A stretch of DNA of 64,000 nucleotides from the human T2T-CHM13v2.0 reference genome, Homo sapiens. The notes beneath the pieces are model-generated. The model was not told where the DNA came from, did no database searches, and saw only the letters and a list, made by a program, of their open reading frames with translations. The stretch lies in NCBI RefSeq assembly GCF_009914755.1, contig NC_060934.1; one strand, given 5' to 3'. Positions 1-13,950 of the stretch are shown one piece after another (the stretch's first letter is position 1; each line of letters starts with the position of its first letter). A program made the translations under genes and the position numbers.

Positions 1-110
1 AAATCCTTTCACTGTACTGCTGAGAGGCTGTGCATGCCTCGCACCCCAACTCACAGCCACGGTCACAGCTCAGCTGAGCACCAGCCACAGGCCAGGACTG
101 TGTTGGCTAT

Positions 111-461
111 TGACATGGGTTGGCTGTGTCCCCACCCAAATCTCAACTTGAATTATATCTCCCAGAATTCCCATGTGTTGTGGGAGGGACCCAGGAAGAG
201 GTAATTGAATCATTGGGGCCCATCTTTCCCGTGCTATTATCGTGATAGTGAGTAAGTTTCATGAGATCTGATGGTTTATTAGAGGTTTCCGCTTTTGCTT
301 CTACCTCGTTTTCTCTTGCTGCTGACATGTAAAAAGTGCCTTTTGCCTCCCACCATGATTCTGAGGCCTCCCCAGCCATGCGGAACTGCAAGGCCAATTA
401 AACCTTTTTATTCCCAGTCTTGGGTATGTCTTTATCAGCAATGTGAAAATGGACTAATACA
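111..461 (+). mobile_element. THE1 (THE1A-like) MaLR solo LTR
   Basis: Starts tgacatgggttggctgtgtccccacccaaatctcaacttgaatt and ends aaaatggactaataca; ~350 bp, TG...CA. Confidence 0.88.
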
Positions 462-504
462 ACCATTAACACGCTTTGTGGCTATGAATCCATTACATTA
501 ATTC

Positions 505-620
505 CACACATTCACCAAGTGCCTCCTCTGTAAGTCCCTAAGGGCTGGGAACGCAGTGGTGATAAGGCAGACAGTGTCACAGCATCTCACGCAGGCCAAT
601 TCCTAATGGACAAGACAGGT
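505..620 (-). mobile_element. L2 3'-end relic
   Basis: cattcaccaagtgcctcct...gctgggaacgcagtggtgataaggcagac resembles the reverse complement of the L2 tail; boundaries approximate. Confidence 0.45.
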
Positions 621-2693
621 GACAGACGCTGTGGCAACTCCAAACTGTGAAGCCAGGGAAGAACCCTCTCAACACAAAATCAGAATAACAGGCTTCAAGA
701 CAAGAATCTTCGAGACACAGGCAAAAACCCACTCAAAGGCCCTAAACTGTGAGTGAGAACGGTGTTAGCAGAATAAAATCACCACCAACCAAAATGGCCA
801 GTGTGAGTGAAGACGGGTTGGGGGAAAGGGTCCCCAGGACGAGGCAGTCTTCTCTGAAGCTGTGAGAATGATCCCACTGAAAGGGAATCAGACATGTCTT
901 TCCTGCTTAAACCCCGCGAGCTGCCACCTGAGACAGGACCCAGACCCGCCGCATCACGCCCACAATCAGCTCATCACACTGCTTGGTCTTGGTCAGCCTT
1001 TGTGCGTACTTCTCTCTCTAACTAGATAAAGAGCCTGGTTTTCTGGCCACTCTTTCTAATTCCCAGGTCAAAAATCAATATGTGACTGACTTGGGCTCAT
1101 GGCCAAAAACTGAAGGGCTCATCAGTGAGGTGACACAGTCCACTCACTTCCCACAAATCACTTTTTGTTTTGCATATTCTCCATTTTAAACTTTTTGGAT
1201 ATAATTTCAGATACACAGAAAATCTGCAAGACCAGTGTAGAGAATTCCCATATAACTTTTACCAGGCTCACCAACTGCTCCTATCTTACACCACTGCTCT
1301 CCCCGCTCCCCCATGAATTTTCTAAGTCAAATGAAAATAAATTTCAGATACTATATTCCTCTATACCTAAATGTTTCAATGTATTTCCTAAACACAAGAA
1401 TATTCTCTCACATACATTTTCCTCAAGATCAGGAAATTTAGCTGTCATATACAAAGTTCACATTCAAATGGTGTCAACTGTCTCCATAATTTTCTTACTT
1501 TGTCTTCCTATTTTATGATCCAATCCAGGATCATGAATTGCATTTATTTGTCAAGTGATTTTTACCCTTCGTGAATCCAAGTTTCTCAGCTTTTTTGTTT
1601 CTTGAAATTGGAAATTTTCAAGAATACAGGTTAGTTATTTTACAGCTTGTCCTTTATTTTGGTATCTTCCGGACTAGACTCAAGAGTATGCATTTTAGCA
1701 GGGATACCGCAGAAGTCTGTCCTGTGTGGCAATGTTAATGTCGGCAACTCAGTGAAGGTGGTGCTTAAGTTCCTCCAAAGCAAAGATGCTACTACTCACA
1801 TTGCAATTAAGATTTGGGAGGAGAGACTGTGACACTATGTACATATTCTGTTTTTCATCGATCCTTCACTACTAGTTTTAGCATCCACTGATGATTTCCT
1901 GCCATTCCTTCTAAATCATTAGATCTTCTACATTCACTTAAAAATATTTACTCATTTTATCTTTCATCACTCATTTACTTCTGTCAATATGAACTCATGG
2001 AGTCTGGCTTGGTGGGTCATAATTCATAATTATAATGGTTTGTTTTGGTGCTCAATTGGTTCCAGATTTGACACCAGATTCCCCAGCCCTTGGACCAGGG
2101 CTCCTGCTAGTGAAGTATGGTGTTTGGAAGCTAAGACTAGGAACCGGGTGTGCTGTCACTGGGGGTCTCTGCTGCTGGGCACTGCCAGCAAGCAGAACAC
2201 ACAACATGTGTGTACACACATGTACACCCACACCCATCCACAGGCACTTCTGTCCCTGTCTACATCTGTCGGGAGCCACCAGCTCATACTGGTACCTCCT
2301 GCTGCAACCCAATCCCACATGATCCATTCCAGGCTTTGGCCTTTTCTTATTTCTACCTCTCTTGCCAAAAAAGAAACCTGGCTCCTGTTACCCTCAATAT
2401 ATTCACTAATTTATTAAGCTTATTTGCTTAAGCCTGGAGATACAGAAATGCTTTCAGAATTGCTATCTAGTACCACTGTGAAAAATCTATCAAATAGAGT
2501 TCAGTGTTCATTTACAATTATTTTTTCATTGTTTTCTTTTGGAAGGGCGGGAGTACAAAGTATACACAGTGAAATGTTCAGATCTTAAGTACACTTGGTG
2601 CATTTTGATAAGTGGAAATCTACCTATTACCCTGATCAAATCTTTTGCCTCAAAGTTCCCACACATCCCCTCCCGGTCAATCCTGGCCCTCGT

Positions 2694-3356
2694 GAGACAG
2701 CCACTGTTCATTCATGAGGCGTGTTCACTGGTGCTCTTCCGTCACCTGAGACTCGTGTAGATTCCCCATCGTCACATGGACTCCACGCCATGGTGTTCCC
2801 TCAAGAGACAGCCACTGTTCATTCATGAGGAGTGTTCCTTGGCGCTCTTCCATCACCCGAGACTCGTGTAGATTCTCTACCATTGCATGGACTCCACGCC
2901 ATGGTGTTCCCTCAAGAGACAGCCACCGTTCATTCATGAGGAGTGTTCCTTGGCACTGTTCCGTCACCCGAGACTCGTGTAGATTCTCCACCGTCACATG
3001 GAGCCCACGGCATAGTGTTCACTCAAGAGACAGCCACTGTTCATTCATGAGGAGTGTTCCTTGGCGCTCTTCCATCATCCGAGACTCATGTAGATTCTCC
3101 ATCATCACATGGAGCCCACGCCATGGTGTTCACTCAAGAGACAGCCACTGTTCATTCATGAGGAGTGTTTCTTGGTGCTCTTCCGTCACCCGAGACTTGT
3201 GTAGATTCTCCACCGTCACATGGAGCCCACAGCATGGTGTTCACTCCAGAGACAGCCACTGTTCATTCATGAGGAGTGTTCCTTGGCGCTATTCCGTCAC
3301 CTGACACTCGTGTAGATTCTCCACCGTCACATGGACTCCACAGCATGGTGTTCACT
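2694..3356. repeat. Minisatellite, 111-bp unit x ~6
   Basis: gagacagccactgttcattcatgagg recurs at 2694, 2805, 2916 and onward at 111-bp spacing. Confidence 0.95.
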
Positions 3357-3821
3357 CTCTGCTCAATTCAAGGCTCCTGGAACTCATCGCCGTTGCCTAT
3401 TTTGGTTTCAGTATTTTGTACATTTTTCCTGATGGGAACTAGGACAATGTATGAATATATCATAATTTGCTCATGTTTCTCCAGCTGAGAGAGATTTACG
3501 TTGTTTCCAGTTTTTGGCTATGAGAATTTACTCTGGAGATAATGTGCATTCTTTTACACGGACACACATTTTCATCTCTCCTTGGTGAACATCTACAGCA
3601 TACCTGCTGGGCCATATGGTAAATGTACACATTTTAAAGAAACTGCCACACTGTTTGCTAAAGTGGCCGTGCCGTTTTAAGTCTCCATCAGTCTGAGATC
3701 CAGCCTGTCATATCTTCACTAGCACCTGCTACCATCCTCCTCCTCCACTCTTGTGAAGTGGAACCTCATGGGTTTAAGTTGTACTTACCAAATGACCCCT
3801 GGTGAGCGCCTTTCATGGGAC

Positions 3822-5101
3822 CACTGGGCATCTGTATACATCTGTTGTGAAGAGTCTATCTTGCACTGGGCATCTGTATACAACTGTTGTGAAGAGTCTC
3901 ATGGCCCATGGGGCATCTGTATACAACTGTTGTGAAGAGTCTATCTTGCACTGGACATCTGTATACATCTGTTGTGAAGAGTCTGTCTTGCACTGGACAT
4001 CTGTATACATCTGTTGTGAAGAGTCTCACAGGCCCACTGGGCATCTGTATATATTGGTTGCAAAGAGTATATCTTGCACTGGACATCTGTATATATCTGT
4101 TGTGAAGAGTCTCACAGGCCCACTGGACATCTGTATACAACTGTTGTGAAGAGTCTATCTTGCACTGGGCATCTGTATACATCTGTTGCGAAGAGTCTCA
4201 CAGTCCACTGGGCATCTGTATACATCTGTTGTGAAGAGTCTCATGGTCTACTGGGCATCTGTATACAACTGTTGCGAAGAGTCTATCTTGCACTGGGCAT
4301 CTGTATACATCTGTTGTGAAGAGTCCATCTTGCACTGGACATCTGTATACATCTGTTGTGAAGAGTCTCACAGTCCACTGAGCATCTGTATACACCTGTT
4401 GTGAAGAGTCTCACAGGACCACTGGGCATCTCTATACATCTGTTGTGAAGAGTCTCACGGTCCACTGGGCATCTGTATACATCTGCTGTGAAGAGTCTAT
4501 CTTGCACTGGCCATCTGTATACATCTATTGAGAAGAGTCTATCTTGCACTGGCCATCTGTATACATCTGTTGTGAAGTCTCACAGGCCCACTGGGCGTCT
4601 GTATACATCTGTTGTGAAGAGTCTCACGGTCCACTGGGCATCTGTATACATCAGTCGTGAAGAGTCTATCTTGCACTGGACATCTGTATACATCTGTTGT
4701 GAAGAGTCTCACAGGCCCACTGGGCATCTGTATACGTCTGTTGCAAAGAGTCTCATGGTCCACTGGGCAACTGTATACATCTGTTGTGAAGAGTCTCACC
4801 GTTCACTAGGCATCTGTATACATCTGTTGCAAAGTCTATCTTGCACTGGGCATCTGTATACATCTGTTGTGAAAAGTCTCACAGTCCACTGGGCATCTGT
4901 ATACACCTGTCATGAAGAGTCTCACGGTCCACTGGGCATCTATATACATCTGTTGCGAAGAGTCTATCTTCCACTGGACATCGGTATACAACTGTTGTGA
5001 AGAGTCTCATGGTCCACTGGGCATCTGTATACCTCTGTTGTGAAGAGTCCCATGGTCCACTGGGCATCTGTATACATCTGTTGTGAAGAGTGTATCTTGC
5101 A
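3822..5101. repeat. Minisatellite, 42-44-bp unit x ~30, two interspersed variants
   Basis: cactgggcatctgtatacatctgttgtgaagagtct followed by either atcttg or cacaggcc/catggtc. Confidence 0.96.
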
Positions 5102-5787
5102 TGCTTGCAAAATTCACACCATTTCTGGTTGCTTCTAGATTTCCTAAAATTTTCTAAATAAGGCCCTGTGTCTTCGGTAAATCAAGTGTCTCATGCCTTC
5201 CAAGTCTGTGCCTTTTAGTTCTCCTGACTCACTTCATTGACGAGGGCCCCAGTGAGTGCCATGCAGACCTGAACCACGGAGAATGGCCATGATCCCCTGA
5301 CACCCAACTGTGGGCAGAGCGCCCCGGCTGCCACCATGGAGGAGGGGCATCAGCTCTCATTTTTCAGGAAGGGCCCTTATCAAACAGAGAAAGATCCCTT
5401 CTGTTCCTGATGTGACAGGAAATTCGTATAACGACTATTAAATTTCAACAGATGTTTTTCAGCATCTTCTGAGATGATAAAATGGGTTTTCTCCTTTATT
5501 TTTTGTCAATGTAGTGAATTACATTGATTTTTGAATGATGAGCCAAGTGTGCCAGGCAAAACTACACCACATCAAGAGAACAAACTCAACTGGTTGTGAT
5601 ATTCATATCCCTTTTACATATTTTGGGTTTGATGTAGTAATAATTTGTAAAAAGCTTCGGCATCTATATGTCAAGAAGAGTGAAAAGTGTGAGATTTTTG
5701 TCTCGCATGCAAACTAACAAGGGAGCCAGCACCAGCCCAACATGCTGACAGAGCTGGGACATTCCCAGGCCAGAAACAAAGAGCTTG

Positions 5788-7884
5788 TCACACACAGTGG
5801 GGCAGCAGGACCCACTCACCCCTGTCGATACTCAGGATCACACACAGTGGAGCAGCAGGACCCACTCATCCCCATCTATACTCAGGATCACACACAGTGG
5901 GGCAGTAGGACCCAATCACCCCCGTCGATATTCAGGATCACACACAGTGGGGCAGCAGGACCCACTCACCCCTGTCGATATTCAGGATCACACACAGTGG
6001 GGCAGCAGGACCCACTCACCCCTGTCGATACTCAGGATCACACACAGTGGGGCAGCAGGACCCACTCATCCCCATCTATACTCAGGATCACACACAGTGG
6101 GGCAGCAGGACCCGCTCACTCCCATCGATACTCAGGATCACACACAGTGGGGCAGCAGGACCCGCTCACTCCCATCAATACTCAGGATCACATGCAGTGG
6201 GGCAGCAGGACCCACTCACCCGTCGATAATCAGGATCACACACAGTGGGGCAGCAGGACCCACTCATCCCTGTCTATACTCAGGATCACACACAGTGGGG
6301 CAGCAGGACCCAATCACCCCCATTGATATTCAGGATCACACACAGTGGGGCAGCAGGACCCGCTCACTCCCACTGATGCTCAGGATCACACACAGTAGGG
6401 CAGCAGGACCCACTCATCCCCGTCTATACTCAGGATCACACACAGTGGGGCAGCAGGACCCGCTCACTCCCGTCGATACTCAGGATCACACACAGTGCGG
6501 CAGCAGGACCCACTCATTCCCATTAATAATCAGGATCACACACAGTGGGGCAGCAGGACCCACTCATCCCTGTCTATACTCAGGATCACACACAGTGGGG
6601 CAGCAGGACCCAATCACCCCCGTTGATATTCAGGATCACACACAGTGGGGCAGCAGGACCCGCTCACTCCCACTGATGCTCAGGATCACACACAGTAGGG
6701 CAGCAGGACCCACTCATCCCCGTCTATACTCAGGATCACACACAGTGGGGCAGCAGGACCCACTCATCCCCATCTATACTCAGGATCACACACAGTGGGG
6801 CAGCAGGACCCGCTCACTCCCGTCGATACTCAGGATCACACACAGTGCGGCAGCAGGACCCACTCATTCCCGTCAATAATCAGGATCACACACAGTGGGG
6901 CAGCAGGACCCACTCATCCCTGTCTATACTCAGGATCACACACAGTGGGTCAGCAGGACCCACTCACCCCATTGATATTCAGGATCACACACAGTGGGGC
7001 AGCAGGACCCACTCACTCCCGTCGATACTCAGGATCACACGCAGTGGGGCAGCAGGACCCACTCACCCCTGTCGATAATCAGGATCACTCACAGTGGGGC
7101 AGCAGGACCCACTCATCCCCGTCTATACTCAGGATCACACACAGTGGGGCAGCAGGACCCGCTCACTCCCGTTGATACTCAGGATCACACACAGTGGGGC
7201 AGCAGGACCCGCTCACTCCCGTTGATACTCAGGATCACACACAGTGGGGCAAGCAGGACCCACTCACTCCCGTCGATACTCAGGATCACACACAGTGGGG
7301 CAAGCAGGACCCACTCACCCCTGTCGATATTCAGGATCACACACAGTGGGGCAGCAGGACCCGCTCACTCCCATCAATACTCATGATCACACACAGTGGG
7401 GCAGCAGGACCCGCTCACCCCTGTCGATACTCAGGATCACACACAGTGGGGCAGCAGGACCCACTCATCCTCATCTATACTCAGGATCACACACAGTGGG
7501 GCAGCAGGACCTGCTCACTCCCGTCGATACTCAGGATCACACACAGTGGGGCAGAAGGACCCACTCATCCTCATCTATACTCAGGATCACACACAGTGGG
7601 GCAGCAGGACCTGCTCACTCCCGTCGATACTCAGGATCACACACAGTGGGGCAGAAGGACCCACTCATCCTCATCTATACTCAGGATCACACACAGTGGG
7701 GCAGCAGGACCTGCTCACTCCCGTCGATACTCAGGATCACACACAGTGCGGCAGCAGGACCCACTCATCCCTGTTGATACTCAGGATCATATACACTGGG
7801 GCAGCAGGACCCACTCACCCCTGTCAATACTCAGGATCACATACAGTGGGGCAGCAAGACCCACTCACCCCCGTCGATACTCAG
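5788..7884. repeat. Minisatellite, 50-bp unit x ~42
   Basis: tcacacacagtggggcagcaggacccactcacccctgtcgatactcagga repeated at 50-bp period. Confidence 0.97.
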
Positions 7885-8246
7885 CGGCATCCTTTACCAC
7901 TTAAGGGACTTTCAAGCTCATCTTGTGTAACAAAAGTCGACTTCTCCACCTCCCCATACAAAGGCAAGATGTTATTTAGGCAAACAAAATTAACGATCAA
8001 GTAAAGAAATGCTTACAATTTTCTCTTCTGAGAAAATTTGTTTTTAGTGACTGCGGCTATCAAGGCACACACTTGCATATTATACATAATACTGCTTGTG
8101 GCCAAAGTCACGGTACTTTCCTACTCTTAAATAATTTATCAAGAGTCCTGAAAAGTGAGTATCTTAAAGAGAAAAGTGGTATGTGGCTTACTCCAGGCTA
8201 AGGAGTGAGTAAGGCAGCCTATTCTTGTGAAATATGTGATTTTTCT

Positions 8247-8449
8247 ACAGGAAGGGGAATATCACACTCTGGGGACTGTGGTGGGGTCGGGGGAGGGGGG
8301 AGGGATAGCAGTGGGAGATATACCTAATGATAGATGACACGTTGGTGGGTGCAGCGCACCAGCATGGCACATGTATACATATGTAACTAACCTGCACAAT
8401 GTGCACATGTACCCTAAAACTTAAAGTATAATTAAAAAAAAAAAAAAAA
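8247..8449 (+). mobile_element. Severely 5'-truncated young L1 (3' UTR plus poly-A)
   Basis: acaggaaggggaatatcacactctgggg...gatgacACGttggtgggtgcagcgcacc...taaaacttaaagtataatt(A)n. Confidence 0.95.
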
Positions 8450-8766
8450 GAAGTAAACACATTCAGTTACCTAATTCCATGAAGAAAATATTAATAAACT
8501 ATTAATAAAAACACATACACACACACAACTACAGTCATGTGCCAAATAAAGATGTTTCAGTCAACAACAACAACAAAAAAAAAAAAGAAAATCTGAGAAC
8601 AAGATATCATTGTGAGATTGTTATCTCCAGGAAGGAGTGAAATGGGTGCTGGGAAATTGAGGGAGCCTTGGAACAGGAATCTCACCATCTCGAATGGGGA
8701 ATCCAGCAAATGGGAAAACAGTCGCTCTGATTCACGGACGTTTCTGAAAGCTTCACGTCCACTCCA

Positions 8767-9051
8767 TGTTGCATTTGAATGACTTTTCTCCTTGTGATGT
8801 GGACCCGACACAAGAGAGGTCCCACGTAGACATTCGGCATTTGTCAGGGTCTGGCACCGTGGCTCACTTCCACAGATTTAACATGTTTATGTATAAATTA
8901 CAATGGTCCCGTGTTGCATTTGAATGACTTTTCTTCTTGTGATGTGGACCCGACACAAGAGAGGTCCCACGTAGACATTTGGCACTTGTCAGGATCTGGC
9001 ACCTTGACTCACTTCTACAGATTTAAGATGTTTACGTATCAATTACAATGG
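8767..9051. repeat. Tandem duplication, 145 bp x 2
   Basis: tgttgcatttgaatgacttttct starts at 8767 and again at 8912. Confidence 0.9.
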
Positions 9052-10615
9052 CTCAACTGTATAAAAGCTGGTATCAGTTATGGATCAATTCCCTTATTTC
9101 TCTCTTGGGCCACACTTCCTGCTTCTGCAGAACATATCACTTGGCTGCAACACACAATGTTGACATTGAAAATAAAAAAGACTGTATAAAAATGATGCAG
9201 AGAATTCTTCTGAAAGGCCACTGGGACACACACTTTGTTGGTGATCAGCTGTCTACTAGCAGCAGCAAGAGAGACAGAGCTCCACGCATGAGCAGCCACA
9301 GCACCTGGGTCTGTGACCCACACCAAGACCCCCAGGGTGACGACAGGCCAACCAACAGCCTTGGAAAGTACACTTCCTTCCCAGAAGAGCTTCCCAAGAG
9401 AAAACAGAAACACTGATAATTGCAGGCATTTCCATGACTGGTCTGGAACAATGAAACCACTCACCTCCAACAAGGAACACATCTTGTTTCAACTGAGGCA
9501 ACTAAAAAGACGAAGGAAATAGCACAAAAGCCAGGTTGGTTCTGTCACTTACACACACACAGACATGTACAGGTCTGTATGTGCGTACATGTATGTATAT
9601 GTCCATATGTGTGGGTATAAAATATACTGTCTATGCCTCAATAACGGCATCGTCTAAATTCAGCCTGTGAGTTCCTCAGGGCCAGGGAGGGAGTCTCAAA
9701 GCCCATCTCTGCAGCACCGGGCTGTGCTCCCCAGCCCCTGCCTGTGGGCGGTGACTGGTGAAGCAACAAACCCTCCCAGCCCTGTTCCTTCTACACCACA
9801 TCCGGAACAGGCGTACGTACACCTGGTATAGAAAGCTCCCACAGCCTGAACAGATCATTCGATTCTAAGTCAGGTTAACCTAATCTCTGCAGTGCAGTCC
9901 TACAAACAGATTTTCAAAAAGTTACCAAACCACCACCTCAAACCTCAACACTTTGTCTACTTGGAAAGAGGACGTGGGACTGGGATTTACTCGGCCACCA
10001 AAACACTCACAGGGTATTATCCTATCGCCCTTCAGTGCCCAGAATAATCATGTGGTCTCTCGCAGTAAAAACAAAACCACAACCACCGCAACCCAGCTTT
10101 TCTTCAAGTTGTAGGGAGTTTTACAGCCTCTTTCTATGTGGTCTTTCTTTTTGCCCCAAACTGGATATTCTTTTTACTTTCTCCTTATTTCCTGACTATA
10201 ATTTAATCAATGTAATTAAAGTGCTTGTGTTAGAAGCAATTTTACTTAAAAAGAATTGAAAGAACTACATCAAAATATTAACAGTAGCCATTTCAGGATG
10301 ACAAGATGACAACGTATTGTTTTTTGTTCATTCTCTTCAACATTTGCGAAGTTTTCTGCCTTGAGTGTAACCACTTTTGCCATCAGAGGTTACATATAGT
10401 GCTTGATGGAATGAGGCCATAGAGCACACACACCACCCTCTAACACAAAGCAATCATGTGGGGAAGGATGGAGACACAGGAAAGGTACATCTTGAAGAAA
10501 TGCGGGTTTTTTTCCATAAAGGCAAAAGACATTTTAAGAAATGTTTGCACCATACACAAGTCTGCTACATTTGGTCAAAAAACTGAGAAAACAGTAACAG
10601 AAGAATACTTCTGCC

Positions 10616-10682
10616 CACAAGGAGACCAGCACACCCAGCTCAGGGCGACACAAGGAGACCAGCACACCCAGCTCGGGGCGAC
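10616..10682. repeat. Tandem duplication, 33 bp x 2
   Basis: cacaaggagaccagcacacccagctc(a/g)gggcga twice. Confidence 0.88.
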
Positions 10683-13053
10683 TCCAGACGAGGACAGAGA
10701 GTGGTTTCCTCACAGCTGACCCACAGGATCGGGTAACACGAGCAGGAGGGAAGCATGGGGACCACAAAGATGTCAGACTGTGGACTGCACAGCAGAAGAC
10801 AGCAACACAAACCAGTGGAGTCACTAAAAACAATTGCAAAAAGATGTCTACATTCTGCTTTAACCGGAAATCAGTGGCACAGTGACACTTCAAAACATCC
10901 ATAAACAGCACCCTGAAGATTCCGTCAGACTCTACATGGAACAATGTTAAGGCAAATAATGATAACGGGATAGCGCTAAGGGGTCTTCTCAGTGCAGACC
11001 CTTAGAGCGCGCACTAACCCCATCATCAAAACACGGCAAACACGTGGAAAAAGGACAACCTGCCCAGGGGTGAAGAGCAGCTTCTGAAGCACGCAGTGTA
11101 ATTATGAGTGACTAAAGTGAGTCAGAATCTACCTCCATGTGCTAAGTTGTTGCTGTGTTTAATAATCCCAGTCCAACTCAAAATATCCAAGCCAGAAAGG
11201 AGCATCCGGCCACTAACATCTACAATAGCGATTAAATGGACAGCGCTTTGTCGAAAGACCTTTCACAACGTGACACCTAGAGGGAAGCGAAGCAACCAAG
11301 CCACGATGGCCCCCTGGTTCCTCTCGCTGCTCCTCCTGGGTCCTCAGCACAGCCGGGTGGCTCTGCTGGTGCCCTCCTGCAGAGAAAACACCACACACCG
11401 CTACTGAGGAGGTCTCTTATGACATCCAGCTTAAAAGGCCGCATGTCCACTGGCCAGTGGCCCAAATCCCACAGGTGAGGCGAGAGAAGAGGGATAGACT
11501 TGACCACAGGGCACGGGGCAGGATGGACCCATCTCCCTTGAGAGCCAACGCCAGCGGATCACCGGGAGGCCTGGCCAGTCTGAGGCCCCAGTGCGAGGAA
11601 GGGGGCAGTGTTGGATTAACACACAGTGCTGGAAAGGGTATGAGCTGAGAACAAAGACGTTTACAGAGCTCTGCATAAAACCCAGATCACTGTGAGAAGA
11701 GCTCATAAGATGAAGAACTTTTAGGAAAATATAACATGGGTAAACAGGTTGCTACAAAACAAATATTCCCTTGAAAACACAATATCCTTTTCATAAAATG
11801 AGCTGATAAATGAAATCTAGCAGCTGTGCAGCATCAGAAATCCATTACAGCATCTGATCAAGCGTCCTCCAAAGCCTTAATTACAAATGCCCTGAATGCA
11901 GTTTTACCCGGCCACATGAATGAGACACCAGATGAGAGGCCGTGGAATGGAAACAATGAGAAACAGAAATCTCTCGGGTGAAGGTACCAGGCAGGATTGC
12001 AGCGGAGTCAACAGACATGTGTGCAAACATCACGAGAGTAACAAGATTTGCTGGTCATGCTGGACATACAGTGTCAAAGACTCCAGCAAATGCCTGAAAT
12101 ACAAATGCTTAAAACGATAGGAGAAAATAATCTGGAGGCTCAGCAGTCAGGACAGAGGGCAGTGATTGTCTAGTATTTTTAAGTATCTTTGAGGAAGAGC
12201 ACTGAAAGTGGTCAAGGATACTTCCACTTAGGGAGAGGCTAGGAAGTGACGGCTTAAAATTTCACGTAAATGGAAGATGATTCTAGTTTGGGATCCTAAA
12301 GCAGCATTAACGTGTTATCAAAGCAAAGAGAAAAGAAGCAGATGCATAAATACTGAATGAGAAAGGAATGAGGGAATGTAACAGGTACAGCTGGACTCAG
12401 GGCTGTCAGGGCAAACACAGCACAGGGGCTCCAAGGAGACCACGCTGCCTGCAGCCATCTCAGGCAGGGAGGGATATTGCTGGAGAAGCTCCTACAAAGC
12501 TGTCGGAGCTGGGGGTGAGCTGCTGGCTGCCATGCAACACAGAGGCCAGAGACCCCAGCAGCAGCAGGACCTGCTAGAGCCTCTGTGCACAGCCCTGAGA
12601 CTAAGAAGTGAAACCACTGTCCTCACATGCCTCTGTCACACTTCACAAACACAACTCAACAGAATTTGCAGGACTCAGATCCATGGTTTCTGAAGAAGGC
12701 AATAAAGGGTGAATTTGGAGCTGAGAGGCAATAAATTGATAGAGGTGCATTTGGTGACTCCAAAAGAGGCAGATCTTTCTCGTTTTTTCTGCTGTGGCTG
12801 CTAACAGTTCATTCCCTTTAGGCCTTTCACTCTAAGAACCCAGAAGCACCCATCTATTAAGAGAAGGGCTTATTCAGGATCAGCTTCATGCAGCATTGAA
12901 TAAATCACTATTGCTAGTGAAGAGTTTGTTGGTACTACTTACATTTATAGTGTTAGATAAATTGGTTAACTAAAATACATTTAACAGCGTTTCTTAAAGT
13001 ACTAAAAAGGGATAAAATACTAAAAATACTAAAAAGGGATAAAGTACTAAAAA

Positions 13054-13522
13054 GGGGATAAAAATGTCAGCACCCCTCAAACCCCTCAGAGAAAGAGGTA
13101 GTATACAAATGCACCCTGTATGCTTGATGTCATTATTGCAATGAGATATTCAGGGATAAAAGCATCAGCACCTATCAAACCCCTCAGAGAAAGAGGTAGT
13201 ATACAAATGCACCATCTATGCTTGATGTCATTATTGCAATGAGATATTCGGGGATAAAAACATCAGCACCCTTCGAACCCCTCAGAGAAAGAGGTAGTAT
13301 ACAAATGCACCATCTATGCTTGATGTCATTATTGCAATGAGATACTCAGGGATAAAAACATCAGCACCCCTCAGAGAAAGAGGTAGTATACAAACGCACC
13401 CTCTATGCTCGATGTCATTATTGCAATGAGATATTCGGGGGATAAAAACATGAGCACCCCTGGAACCCTCAGAGAAAGAGGTAGTATACAAATGCACCCT
13501 TTATGCTTGAAGTCATTATTGC
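13054..13522. repeat. Minisatellite, ~98-bp unit x ~4.7
   Basis: cagagaaagaggtagtatacaaa at 13087, 13185, 13283, 13372 and 13470. Confidence 0.94.
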
Positions 13523-13764
13523 TGTTACTAGTATTCTAGATTACTATGTATATCCACAGCTTTAAATCTTTAGAAAAACCCATACCCTTCACTTCCATCT
13601 TTTGAAGTCATAAATCACAATCCATTTCCTAGAGCTCCTGCCATTTGCACCAAGCTCACAGCATTACACAGTGAGCACACACACAGCCTGGGGCTGCTGT
13701 CCAATGGCAAAGACAACCATGAGTCAACAGAAGAGAATGTTCCTCCAAGGTAGATACGTGGCTT

Positions 13765-13950
13765 CACAGCAGCAGAGCAGGAAGACGTAGGTTCGGGAGC
13801 CAGGCCGCACCGGTTCAAACCCCAGCTCCTCTGTGACCTTGGGCAAGTTGCTTAACCTATTTGCACCCCCATTTCCCTGGGTGCAAATCAGGAACAGTGA
13901 GTCCCTGCCTGAGGGGTGGCCCATGAGGAGTAAATGAGATGAAAACACTC
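13765..13950 (+). mobile_element. MIR element running into the 57-bp minisatellite
   Basis: ggttcaaaccccagctcctctgtgaccttgggcaagttgcttaacct is the MIR core signature. Confidence 0.8.

Larger units (their letters stand above)
1180..5700 (-). mobile_element. Fragmented old L1M-type relics hosting two minisatellites
   Basis: Degenerate antisense L1 motifs (tacacagtgaaatgttcagatcttaagtac; ttgtttccagtttttggctatg; tttaaagaaactgccacactgtttgctaaagtggc; gtagtgaattacattgattttt); boundaries approximate. Confidence 0.6.

Noticed and set aside
3822-5101. CRISPR-like look (constant core plus variable linker)
   Set aside because: Linkers are only 6-8 nt and recur, there are no unique spacers or cas genes, and the DNA is primate.
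5742-8004. Overlapping repetitive ORFs
   Set aside because: Frame-cycling translation of the 50-bp minisatellite.
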